Source: a virus
Reading direction: 5' to 3' (one strand)
Virus record (IMG/VR): IMGVR_UViG_3300028182_000001
Coordinates: 1 to 64,000 of that record
DNA: 64,000 nucleotides
Below, one piece after another: positions 1 through 7,896 of the stretch (positions are counted from its first letter, which is position 1; each line of letters begins with the position of its first letter). The notes beneath the pieces were generated by a model, which saw nothing but the letters and a program-made list of their open reading frames with translations, was not told the DNA's origin and ran no database searches. The position numbers were made by a program, and so were the translations under genes.

Positions 1-151
1 ATCGGGCTACTGCGGAGAATACACAGTGGTTAAGACAGGTGCTACATACTCGTTTGATGGTGCAGGTATGACTCGTAGGAAGATACTACAGAAGTTTTGG
101 GATCGGGCTAAGAAGATTGATCCCAGCATTTCAAACAAAGGGGTGAGATGA
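1..151 (+). CDS. 3' end of hypothetical protein (truncated by window start)
   Basis: Frame 2 open from base 2 to TGA 149-151, overlapping the next ATG (ATGA coupling). Confidence 0.6.
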   Translation, partial: SGYCGEYTVVKTGATYSFDGAGMTRRKILQKFWDRAKKIDPSISNKGVR

Positions 152-357
152 TGATATCATTCAAAGATAGACATACCGCCCACTTAATCTTCGTGGAACA
201 GCTAGACGGTCAGTTCGTAATTGATAAGGATAGCAGAGAACTGTTTGTAGTAAACAAAGCGGATCGTACGAATGTGGAGCACGCACTAAGAAACGGTCAA
301 CATCGTGTGATAGTATGGGATGTTGACGGTAACTTAAAAGCTAAAAACTATCTATAA
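148..357 (+). CDS. hypothetical protein
   Basis: 69-aa ORF, GGGGTGAG RBS, coupled to upstream stop. Confidence 0.7.
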   Translation: MMISFKDRHTAHLIFVEQLDGQFVIDKDSRELFVVNKADRTNVEHALRNGQHRVIVWDVDGNLKAKNYL

Positions 358-372
358 TAGGAGGAAGTTAAA

Positions 373-1080
373 ATGACAAAAACATACAAAGGGTTTGAAG
401 CGTTAAAAAGAATGATGGACGGTTGGATTCAGAAGGAGAAGGAACCATATAACAAGTATACGTTTGAAGATGGAGTTGTTAAGGCTAAGAACCTAGTGAC
501 AGATCGTTATATAGATGTAAACATTAATATTAACCTGTTCTTCAATAATACATTCGTAGACTATGTAGAGCCGTTAGTAGCTGGTGACACAGTTAAAACT
601 ACAATAATGGCTGGTACTCTATATGGTGAAGTAGAAGCAGTATTTGCAGAATTTGGTACAACCTGCTTCCGCTTCAAAGGTAACCACACTCCTTATAATG
701 TGGACAATGCGGTCCGTATCGAGAAATCGGAATTGGACTTGCTAAAGAGAGAAGCTACATTTAAAGAAGCAGGTCGCCAATTGGACGAGTTCCAGTGTGG
801 GGATATTGTACAGTTTACGATCCGTGGTTGTGTGTATGAAGCTAGAGTGATGCAACAAGGTAAAGGTGATCGTAAAATGGTCACGTTTAGTAATGTATAT
901 GCAGGAGGTGTACCTGCTAAAGATATTACACCAGTTAAGTTCGTTACATATGTTGAAGCTACTCATCCTGACTATGTTAAAGTCGATCCAGTAGCTCCCT
1001 GCACTGCTCCAATGATGCCAGGTATGGCAGCACAATTTAACTCACCACTATCGTACGTACAAAGGGAGGAACAACTATAA
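373..1080 (+). CDS. hypothetical protein (possible SH3/KOW-like beta modules)
   Basis: 235 aa, AGGAGG RBS; GDTV/GDIV segments typical of small beta-barrels. Confidence 0.7.
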   Translation: MTKTYKGFEALKRMMDGWIQKEKEPYNKYTFEDGVVKAKNLVTDRYIDVNININLFFNNTFVDYVEPLVAGDTVKTTIMAGTLYGEVEAVFAEFGTTCFRFKGNHTPYNVDNAVRIEKSELDLLKREATFKEAGRQLDEFQCGDIVQFTIRGCVYEARVMQQGKGDRKMVTFSNVYAGGVPAKDITPVKFVTYVEATHPDYVKVDPVAPCTAPMMPGMAAQFNSPLSYVQREEQL

Positions 1081-1310
1081 TGGCTAAGAAACCTTTTGCC
1101 TGGGACACTGAAGAATTGATTAAGGAGTTCAATACACACGAGAAAGTAAAGCATGAAGTATATAAGTGTACGTTAGCAGGATCGTCTTACGTTGTTATCC
1201 TTACTTATAAACTTACTAATGAAGGTTGGAAGTTTAAGAAGAATAATACTATGTTGAAAGAAGTATTTGATATAGCAGCCGATGCAGTAGCTGGTTCAGA
1301 CATATGGTAA
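1080..1310 (+). CDS. putative PC4/YdbC-like ssDNA-binding protein
   Basis: 76 aa, GGAGG RBS; EVYKCTLAGSSYVVILTYKLTNEGWKFKK resembles the PC4 pattern. Confidence 0.45.
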   Translation: MAKKPFAWDTEELIKEFNTHEKVKHEVYKCTLAGSSYVVILTYKLTNEGWKFKKNNTMLKEVFDIAADAVAGSDIW

Positions 1311-1411
1311 CTACTATATCTGAAGGTGCATTTGTTGGTTTCATCATGGGTGCTCTCGTATGTTGTATACTATATGGTATTAGTATTATAAAAGATAGCT
1401 ATAAACGTTAG
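1304..1411 (+). CDS. small membrane protein (35 aa, not in ORF track)
   Basis: MVTTISEGAFVGFIMGALVCCILYGISIIKDSYKR, overlaps upstream stop, one hydrophobic helix. Confidence 0.5.
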   Translation: MVTTISEGAFVGFIMGALVCCILYGISIIKDSYKR

Positions 1412-1558
1412 TAGCTCCCTGCACCGCCTAATAGAATAGAAGACTAGTAGCTCACTGTGCAGCCGATACTATATCCTATGCAGTGAGTTTTTCTATTATG
1501 TCAATTACTTAGTAGCTCCCTGCACCAAGTGGTAAAACGTTAGTAGCTCCCTGCACCA
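1403..1558. repeat. direct repeats TTAGTAGCTCCCTGCACC (3 copies plus 1 variant)
   Basis: Copies at 1408-1425, 1509-1526 and 1540-1557; variant at 1445; core AGTAGCTCCCTGCAC also at 990-1004. Confidence 0.9.
1449..1492 (+). terminator. possible intrinsic terminator
   Basis: CTCACTG...CAGTGAG stem followed by TTTTT; loop is long. Confidence 0.45.
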
Positions 1559-1677
1559 TCAATTCGTTTGGAGGATCGGCCGCAGGATGGCAGAATATTC
1601 AGACTATTCATACTTTGCAGCATTCAGGTATTTAAATGTACTGACTATTCAGAATTGTTTTTCGGATCGGATGTTCT

Positions 1678-1697
1678 GTCAAGTAAATTTACTTTAC
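1678..1697. repeat. palindromic element copy 1 (GTCAAGTAAATTTACTTTAC)
   Basis: One mismatch from the perfect 20-bp palindrome GTCAAGTAAATTTACTTGAC. Confidence 0.9.
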
Positions 1698-1781
1698 ATA
1701 TACGTTTGATCCTGTTTTGAAATAGATTTAAATTCCCTATAATAGAAGGAAAAGTTTTTTAAATTAATTTTGGTTATATTG

Positions 1782-1810
1782 TTGACTTTTGGGCAATATA
1801 TCTTTAGTAT
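1782..1810 (+). promoter_or_regulatory. sigma-A early promoter
   Basis: TTGACT-17-TAGTAT with AT-rich UP region. Confidence 0.8.
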
Positions 1811-1851
1811 AGGTATCAAGCAATACAACAACTTAAAAGGACGTGTGATAT

Positions 1852-2400
1852 ATGAATCAATTTAAAGAAGCTAATTTTACTATTTGTGGTGAAGGTATTC
1901 AATTAAAAGGTTATGCAACGATTGAAAGAGTTTTATATAGTGGTGGTTGGGAACTTCCTTACTTCCCTAAAGAGTCAGTGGAATTATTTATGCAAGATAA
2001 TTACAGTGTAGGTATTAAGTCATGGTATATAGAAGAAAATGACACTTATGTATTAGCAAGCACTTTTGATAAGGATATAGAAGAACATGAAACATTTTGG
2101 TGGACTGGTGAAGAAATAGAACATAACGGAGAAACAATTCACGTATACTGTTTAGACGGTTTAACGTGGGAACGAACGGAGGAGAAGGAAATGGAAAACA
2201 ATAACGTATCATTAGAAGAGTTTAAAGCACACATGGACACTACTGTAAATGAAATAATGGATTTACTGCATGAAGGGAAAGACATACAAGGTTATAACGT
2301 TACTATATCATTAAACGGGAAGTCAATTGAAATAGACATGAATGCAGACTTATACGCAAACCTAGAAAACATTATTGATGATGAAATTGCAGGTATTTAA
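1852..2400 (+). CDS. acidic early protein; N-domain paralogous to 3080..3607
   Basis: 182 aa; AAAAGGACGTG RBS cassette; shared GW..PYF.KE, WY.EEN.TY and WW.G.E motifs. Confidence 0.8.
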   Translation: MNQFKEANFTICGEGIQLKGYATIERVLYSGGWELPYFPKESVELFMQDNYSVGIKSWYIEENDTYVLASTFDKDIEEHETFWWTGEEIEHNGETIHVYCLDGLTWERTEEKEMENNNVSLEEFKAHMDTTVNEIMDLLHEGKDIQGYNVTISLNGKSIEIDMNADLYANLENIIDDEIAGI

Positions 2401-2418
2401 AAAAGTTTTAAAATGTTG

Positions 2419-2447
2419 TTGACTTTAAGACAACAAAGAATTACAAT
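2419..2447 (+). promoter_or_regulatory. sigma-A early promoter with TTGTTG-N9-CAACAA dyad
   Basis: TTGACT-17-TACAAT; dyad 2416-2436. Confidence 0.85.
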
Positions 2448-2486
2448 GAAGGTAGCTTAAAAATAACTTAAAAGGACGTGTCAATT

Positions 2487-3080
2487 ATGGAAGAAAGAAT
2501 AGTTTTTGTTTATCAATATGATGAGTTAACAGTAAGTGCAAAGGATAATGCCGTTAAGTGGTTTCAAGAAATTTTAAATGAAGAGTTCACGGAGGAAAGT
2601 GAAAACATCACTCAAGATTTAACTGGTACGCTTGAAAATAAAGGTTATGAAGGTATGGACGTTCATTGGTCTTTAAGTCATTCTCAAGGTGACGGAGTGG
2701 CATTCTATGGAAGACTAACTACTGATGAACTAGTTAACCTGTCAGAACGCTTGTTATCTAATAAGGAGTATCAACGATTGAAATTGGTCGGAGAACTAGC
2801 AGATTTCGAAATTGAAATAAGTTCTACTAACCATCATTATAATCATTACAATACAATGAGAGTCGATTTAGATGATATGCAGAGTCTAGAAGACTTCCCT
2901 AAAATTTGGGAACTGCTACAAAAGTTAAAAGAAGCAATCCACAACGATATAAGGGGAATCAGTCGAGAACTAGAAGAACAAGGCTATAAACAGATTGATT
3001 ATTACTATTCAAAAGAATATGCAATAGATTCAATTAAAGCAAACGAATATGAGTTTGATGTGAACGGAGGTAGAATTTAA
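2487..3080 (+). CDS. acidic early protein
   Basis: ATG 2487 after RBS cassette; YQYDEL and SQGDGVAF motifs seen in phage early proteins. Confidence 0.8.
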   Translation: MEERIVFVYQYDELTVSAKDNAVKWFQEILNEEFTEESENITQDLTGTLENKGYEGMDVHWSLSHSQGDGVAFYGRLTTDELVNLSERLLSNKEYQRLKLVGELADFEIEISSTNHHYNHYNTMRVDLDDMQSLEDFPKIWELLQKLKEAIHNDIRGISRELEEQGYKQIDYYYSKEYAIDSIKANEYEFDVNGGRI

Positions 3081-3607
3081 TGACTACAAATATAAATCTT
3101 AAAAAGGCAGTTTTCACAATTGATGGTATCGAAGGAGAAGAGTTTGCAGGTTTTACAAGTGGTATGTCGTGGAATGGGTGGGCTTGTCCTTACTTCACTA
3201 AAGAGGTAGCAGAAAGAATTATGGATAAAATTTGTGAGTGGGGAAATACAAAGGCGTGGTATGTAGAGGAAAACAATACGTACTATACTAACTTAAATTG
3301 TGATAGTGGTTATTGTGAAGAAGAAGATACAGAGTGGTGGGAAGGTGACGAGTATATTATAAATGGGGAATCAGTTGTATTGTATTGTGTCGGTGGTGGC
3401 TCGTGGTGTTGGGATGAAGAGGTTAAAGAGTTAACCGAGTATCAAAGAAATATATTAAGGGAACTATCTTTTGCACTACACAAGATAAGTGAAGAGTGTG
3501 GGGATAGTGAGTTCTTTCATAATGATATCATTTGTGAGTTAAACGGTTTTAATAAATCTATAGATGAGTTAGCGTGTGAAGTTAGAAGCATAGCAGAAGG
3601 GGAATAA
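3080..3607 (+). CDS. acidic early protein (paralog of 1852 N-domain; C-domain like 6326..6538)
   Basis: 175 aa, GGAGG RBS, internal similarity to two neighbours. Confidence 0.8.
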   Translation: MTTNINLKKAVFTIDGIEGEEFAGFTSGMSWNGWACPYFTKEVAERIMDKICEWGNTKAWYVEENNTYYTNLNCDSGYCEEEDTEWWEGDEYIINGESVVLYCVGGGSWCWDEEVKELTEYQRNILRELSFALHKISEECGDSEFFHNDIICELNGFNKSIDELACEVRSIAEGE

Positions 3608-3639
3608 TTTTCCCCTCTGCATTTTAGGATCAAGATTTT

Positions 3640-3661
3640 TGTCAAGTAAATTTACTTGACA
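3640..3661. repeat. palindromic element copy 2
   Basis: Perfect 22-bp TGTCAAGTAAATTTACTTGACA, preceded by ATTTTAGGATC. Confidence 0.95.
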
Positions 3662-3692
3662 GTACATAGCAAAAATTCTTTTTAAAATGTTG

Positions 3693-3721
3693 TTGACTTT
3701 AAAGCAACAAGATGAGATAAT
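3693..3721 (+). promoter_or_regulatory. sigma-A early promoter with dyad
   Basis: TTGACT-17-GATAAT, TG extension; dyad 3690-3710. Confidence 0.8.
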
Positions 3722-3759
3722 GATTACAGAAACAAATAACTTATAAGGACGTGTGATAT

Positions 3760-4491
3760 ATGGAAACAGTTGAACAGATTAATAAATATGCTTTTCTTAT
3801 CGTTGAAAGTGCAGGAGATGACTTTCACATGGTAGCGCAATTAGGGGAAAATTGTGAAGAGGTTAAACATTATGTAAAACGTTCTTTAGCACCTAATTGG
3901 TCTATCGTGGAAGATGTTGAAGTAATTAAAGCGTTCATTGAAAAGGAAAATAAAGAACGTTATGAAATTCCACAAACTGCATGGTTTTATGAATTATTGG
4001 ATTTATTAGAAAAACAACTAAATGAAAAGGACGTGTCAATTATGACAAACGCAATGATGAACGTACAATTAACAGTAGCTTTAGGAGAAGAACAAGAAGA
4101 ACGCTTATATACTTTCTTACAAGAAGAATTATCTCATGAGGAGTTCGTTGTACTTGATGAAATTACAGTGGACACATATTTACTTGAAACACAAAAGGAA
4201 AACTTATTTGCTTACAATGTTAGTCATGTTATGAATCACTTAAAGTGGGAAGTTGCAAAAGATTTAATTAATGATAACACGGGGTGGGAAGAGTTGAGAA
4301 AGTCTATCCTACATGCACAAGAAAACTTATGTGAGTCTGCAAATGGATTGATTCAAGCACTTACAGACTGGAAAGCACTTATTTTAAGAGGTGCAGAGAT
4401 TGACGGAAACGGGCATTTTATTTCTCCTTATGACGGAGAAGAACACGAAATAAAGTTCGAAGGTTTAGACTTGTTAGTCTATAAGGCATAG
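3760..4491 (+). CDS. acidic early protein with in-frame internal start at 4042
   Basis: 243 aa; a second complete RBS cassette AAAAGGACGTGTCAATTATG lies at 4025-4044. Confidence 0.8.
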   Translation: METVEQINKYAFLIVESAGDDFHMVAQLGENCEEVKHYVKRSLAPNWSIVEDVEVIKAFIEKENKERYEIPQTAWFYELLDLLEKQLNEKDVSIMTNAMMNVQLTVALGEEQEERLYTFLQEELSHEEFVVLDEITVDTYLLETQKENLFAYNVSHVMNHLKWEVAKDLINDNTGWEELRKSILHAQENLCESANGLIQALTDWKALILRGAEIDGNGHFISPYDGEEHEIKFEGLDLLVYKA

Positions 4492-4514
4492 TGGAGGGTT
4501 TTCCCTCTGCTACT

Positions 4515-4534
4515 GTCAAGTAAATTTACTTTAC
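4515..4534. repeat. palindromic element copy 3
   Basis: GTCAAGTAAATTTACTTTAC. Confidence 0.9.
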
Positions 4535-4601
4535 ACCAATTGCTGCTATATCGCCGATCCTAAATATAGTTTAAAGAAATAAAATTCTTTTTAAAATGTT
4601 G

Positions 4602-4630
4602 TTGACTTTAAGACAACAATGAATTATACT
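4602..4630 (+). promoter_or_regulatory. sigma-A early promoter with dyad
   Basis: TTGACT-17-TATACT; dyad 4599-4619. Confidence 0.85.
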
Positions 4631-4677
4631 GAGTATAGAAATTAAAAAACAAATTAAACGAAAAGGACGTGTCAATT

Positions 4678-5352
4678 ATGACAGAATTAAATTGTAATGA
4701 GGTTGTAAGTCAGTGGGGAAATTTTGGGGATAATAACCCTATTGAATACGGTACTAAGTTTGTAAAGGCAGATACAGAAAATGAAGGATGTTACTACTTC
4801 ATTCAAGTTATCAATTTAGAATGGACTATAGGTGAAGACGGTTGGTTTTTAGTCAAAGGATATGTTGACTTAAACGATGATTGGATTGATTGGAAAGCAA
4901 TTAAAGAGTTTGCAGGATTCGACAATACTTGTCAAGATACAGAAAAAGAATACATGGTTTCTGCACTAGTCGAATATTATGGTTATCATGAGTTCGGAGG
5001 AGAGCCACTGTCTAATGAGTTCGGCGTGGACTTTAACGGAGTTGTAAATGAAGTGAAGAAAGAAGCAGAGGTTATTACACTATTAAATGAATACGGAATC
5101 TTGTTAGAACGTAAAGAGGAGGTATTGAAAACAACTGTTATCTATCACAATGAAAGTGAGTTCTTTTATACTCTGAAAGATGACGTGGAAGGTATTAGCG
5201 AGACAGTGGACGGGGAAGGAGTTATCCATTTAGGACAGTACAAACATGATAGAATTGTTGTTAGTGAGAGTTTAGAACAACTTCAAACAATGCTAGAAGG
5301 TTATGACGTTGAAGTCATGACAGAGGAAGAGGAGGAAGAAGACAATGAGTAA
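4678..5352 (+). CDS. acidic early protein
   Basis: ATG after RBS cassette at 4661; poly-E C-terminus. Confidence 0.8.
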   Translation: MTELNCNEVVSQWGNFGDNNPIEYGTKFVKADTENEGCYYFIQVINLEWTIGEDGWFLVKGYVDLNDDWIDWKAIKEFAGFDNTCQDTEKEYMVSALVEYYGYHEFGGEPLSNEFGVDFNGVVNEVKKEAEVITLLNEYGILLERKEEVLKTTVIYHNESEFFYTLKDDVEGISETVDGEGVIHLGQYKHDRIVVSESLEQLQTMLEGYDVEVMTEEEEEEDNE

Positions 5353-5533
5353 AACTATACCTCTTCATGAAATTGAAAACTTAATATCTCAACTAGAAGA
5401 ACATGCAGAGAATGACAGAGAACTACTGTCAAAAGTCAAAGAGCCTACACTACATTCTAGACTAGAAGCAAAGGTAATGACATATGATTATACTATCAAG
5501 AAACTAGAATTGATTGTGGGAAGGAGTTTATAA
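5345..5533 (+). CDS. hypothetical protein
   Basis: 62 aa, GAGGA RBS, overlaps upstream stop. Confidence 0.7.
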   Translation: MSKTIPLHEIENLISQLEEHAENDRELLSKVKEPTLHSRLEAKVMTYDYTIKKLELIVGRSL

Positions 5534-5534
5534 T

Positions 5535-5783
5535 ATGTATAGCGTTCGAGTGTATTTCATGCACCCTAGAAAAGGTTTAACCGTTCGTTATCTCACGTAT
5601 GACACTTATACAATGGCAATGGATAGCTACTACACGTTAACAGGTGAAAGAGAAAGTAAAACGTACCCTAAAAGCTTATATTTCAATATCGCTACTATCT
5701 CTCATTCTGCATTAGGTGAGCTATTCAATGAAACTTCTATAGAGTGTGATTTATTATCAGAATATCTAGACAAAACTATTTAA
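5535..5783 (+). CDS. hypothetical protein
   Basis: ATG 5535 after AAGGAG. Confidence 0.7.
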   Translation: MYSVRVYFMHPRKGLTVRYLTYDTYTMAMDSYYTLTGERESKTYPKSLYFNIATISHSALGELFNETSIECDLLSEYLDKTI

Positions 5784-5803
5784 TCATTTTAGGATCTTGA
5801 TTG

Positions 5804-5827
5804 GTGTCAAGTAAATTTACTTGACAC
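5804..5827. repeat. palindromic element copy 4
   Basis: Perfect 24-bp GTGTCAAGTAAATTTACTTGACAC. Confidence 0.95.
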
Positions 5828-5860
5828 TGATTACCCTAAAAAATTCTTTTTAAAATGTTG

Positions 5861-5889
5861 TTGACTTTAAGACAACAAGATGAGATAAT
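5861..5889 (+). promoter_or_regulatory. sigma-A early promoter with dyad
   Basis: TTGACT-17-GATAAT; dyad 5858-5878. Confidence 0.8.
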
Positions 5890-5937
5890 GATTACAGAAA
5901 TAAAAAACAAATAACTTATGAAAAGGTGGAAATTAAA

Positions 5938-6297
5938 ATGACAAACACAAATACTTATAACGGTTGGGCAAACAGAGAAACTTGGTTAGTTAACTTACAT
6001 TTTGGGGAAACATTATCATCTTATATCGTAGAACAAGCAACGGACGGAGCAATTGATTTAACAGAAGATGAGGGAACAATTAGAACGGAAATAGAAGGTA
6101 ATTGCTCTGAATACCTTGATATGATTCTAGAAGAGGAGTTAAACGGTTTAGGAAGTTTCCTTACTGACTACCTAGATTTAGGAAGAATTGAATGGGATGA
6201 AATTGCAGAGGTTATTTATAGCGATGACATCAAGCCTATGATTGCAGAACTAGAAGCAGAAGAAAATGAAGAGGAAGGAGAAGGGGAAGAGGAATAA
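5938..6297 (+). CDS. very acidic early protein
   Basis: AAGGTGG RBS; YNGWANRETWLVNL motif of a recurrent phage family; E/D-rich. Confidence 0.8.
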   Translation: MTNTNTYNGWANRETWLVNLHFGETLSSYIVEQATDGAIDLTEDEGTIRTEIEGNCSEYLDMILEEELNGLGSFLTDYLDLGRIEWDEIAEVIYSDDIKPMIAELEAEENEEEGEGEEE

Positions 6298-6325
6298 TCC
6301 TCTTCCACCTTCAAAGGTGGTTATC

Positions 6326-6538
6326 ATGACAAATCCGATGACATGGAAACAACAACAATTATTAAATCAATTGGGGAATGTGTTAAACGATTTAGCAGAA
6401 GAGTGTATGAAGGATGACAACTTTCATGAAATTATGATTGACAATAACGATATTATCCCGATGTCTTTAGATGAGTTAGCTAGTGAGTGGTTTGCAGTAT
6501 CAAACGGAGAGAAGCGAGAAAGGATTGATAAGCAATGA
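6326..6538 (+). CDS. hypothetical protein (homologous to C-domain of 3080..3607)
   Basis: AAAGGTGG RBS; QQLLNQL...LAEEC...FH...SLDELA. Confidence 0.7.
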   Translation: MTNPMTWKQQQLLNQLGNVLNDLAEECMKDDNFHEIMIDNNDIIPMSLDELASEWFAVSNGEKRERIDKQ

Positions 6539-6636
6539 AGGAAGCCTTTAGAGGTAGTTTAAAAGTGTTGGTATATGGTGCTATTGGTTACTTATTAATG
6601 GTTTTATATTCTATCTTGATTGTGAAAGGGATGTAA
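6535..6636 (+). CDS. small membrane protein (33 aa, not in ORF track)
   Basis: MKEAFRGSLKVLVYGAIGYLLMVLYSILIVKGM; AAAGGA RBS; ATGA overlap. Confidence 0.55.
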   Translation: MKEAFRGSLKVLVYGAIGYLLMVLYSILIVKGM

Positions 6637-6640
6637 GGCA

Positions 6641-6823
6641 ATGGAAGACAGAGATAAGTTGTATAAAGCGTTGCTAAATGACTTAGAAAGTGAACGTGCT
6701 CATGCTTATATGGATTTAAACTATACTAAGGATAGGGAAGAGGAAAGAGTCATAAACGATTTTATTGATAAGCTAGAAAGCGAGATAGAAGCAATAAATA
6801 AAGTTAAAAGAATGTATGATTAA
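6641..6823 (+). CDS. hypothetical protein
   Basis: 60 aa, AAAGGG RBS. Confidence 0.7.
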   Translation: MEDRDKLYKALLNDLESERAHAYMDLNYTKDREEERVINDFIDKLESEIEAINKVKRMYD

Positions 6824-6849
6824 AACTAAATGAAAAGGACGTGTATATT

Positions 6850-7134
6850 ATGTTAGCATTATCAGAGTGGAAAGACGTATTAAGAAACCTATCAGAGGAA
6901 GGGGAAGAGGTGGAAATAGTATGGCTTGAAAGCACTGATGAATACGTACTATGTCATGAGTCAGAACTATATGAAGATGGATTCAAGACAGAAGCAGAAG
7001 CAAATGCAAGACTAGAAGACATATATAAGCAACTAGAAGAGAGTGAAGAGTTTAAAGCATATGACAATGCAAACTATAATAGATATGAAGAGATGATGAA
7101 AGAAGCAGGACACAAAGAAATTGATTTCCTATGA
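6850..7134 (+). CDS. acidic early protein
   Basis: ATG after RBS cassette at 6833. Confidence 0.75.
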   Translation: MLALSEWKDVLRNLSEEGEEVEIVWLESTDEYVLCHESELYEDGFKTEAEANARLEDIYKQLEESEEFKAYDNANYNRYEEMMKEAGHKEIDFL

Positions 7135-7178
7135 TATTAGGAAGTCTTTTTTTTTATTCATTTTAGGATCAAGATTTC

Positions 7179-7200
7179 TGTCAAGTAAATTTACTTGACA
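7179..7200. repeat. palindromic element copy 5
   Basis: Perfect TGTCAAGTAAATTTACTTGACA preceded by ATTTTAGGATCAAGATTT. Confidence 0.95.
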
Positions 7201-7334
7201 CTCCAAGCTGCATCTTTCGACAATTCGACCTATTCATACTATTCTGAATTGTCTGACTATTACCCCACCCCGTGTTGATCCGACCATACGTTCGTGTATG
7301 CGACCCAACCACCCTAACCCCAGGCTCGAATTTT

Positions 7335-7594
7335 TCCGAAAAAAATTTTTTGGTTCTAATATTGGACGTATCTTAAACGGACTTGAAAGGTTCCGATCCG
7401 ATGCCCCTATTAAAGCCCCTGAGTCATGCCCCCTAACTATAGCCCCCGTTTAAGCCCCCTAGAAGCCCCCACACGAAGCCCCATAGTAAGGTAATGTAAT
7501 TGTACTAATAAGACACTCCCCGTCCGTATACGGAGGTCTCAGCAGCCCAGCTATGCCCGATAAGTAAGTTGTAAAAAATCCGAAAAAAATTTTT
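7335..7594. repeat. GCCCC array (7 copies) between two TCCGAAAAAAATTTTT direct repeats
   Basis: GCCCC at 7403, 7415, 7428, 7442, 7454, 7465, 7478; 16-bp repeats at 7335 and 7579. Confidence 0.85.
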
Positions 7595-7643
7595 CTTGTG
7601 AGGGTAGTACTAGCTTCCATAATTTACCAGTTAAGCAGCAAAC

Positions 7644-7670
7644 AAAAAGGACTCTAATTAAAGAGTCCCC
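7644..7670 (-). terminator. intrinsic terminator of the leftward arm
   Basis: GGGACTC/GAGTCCC stem, T-tract on minus strand. Confidence 0.7.
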
Positions 7671-7896
7671 TGAATGCCGATACGATCCTGTTCTTACGTG
7701 CCGATAGCTCATGCTTCTTTCTCATGTCCATCTCCATTGCCCGTATCTCTCTCCATGTACTGCCTAAAGGGTGGAAGCTTCGATACATGTCACTGCATCT
7801 CCACTCCTCTCCTAAAGGTATATGTAACGGCACACCGTACTTGGTTAACCTAGCGGCCTTAATCTTCGTGTCTAGGGTTATAGACGAGTCTGCCAT
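7654..7896 (-). CDS. hypothetical protein
   Basis: 80-aa ORF, coupled to upstream stop. Confidence 0.65.
   Translation of the reverse strand: MADSSITLDTKIKAARLTKYGVPLHIPLGEEWRCSDMYRSFHPLGSTWREIRAMEMDMRKKHELSARKNRIVSAFRGLFN

Noticed and set aside
1403-1558. CRISPR-like mini-array
   Set aside because: Repeats are only 17-18 bp with irregular spacers (13 to ~80 bp), and there are no cas genes or leader
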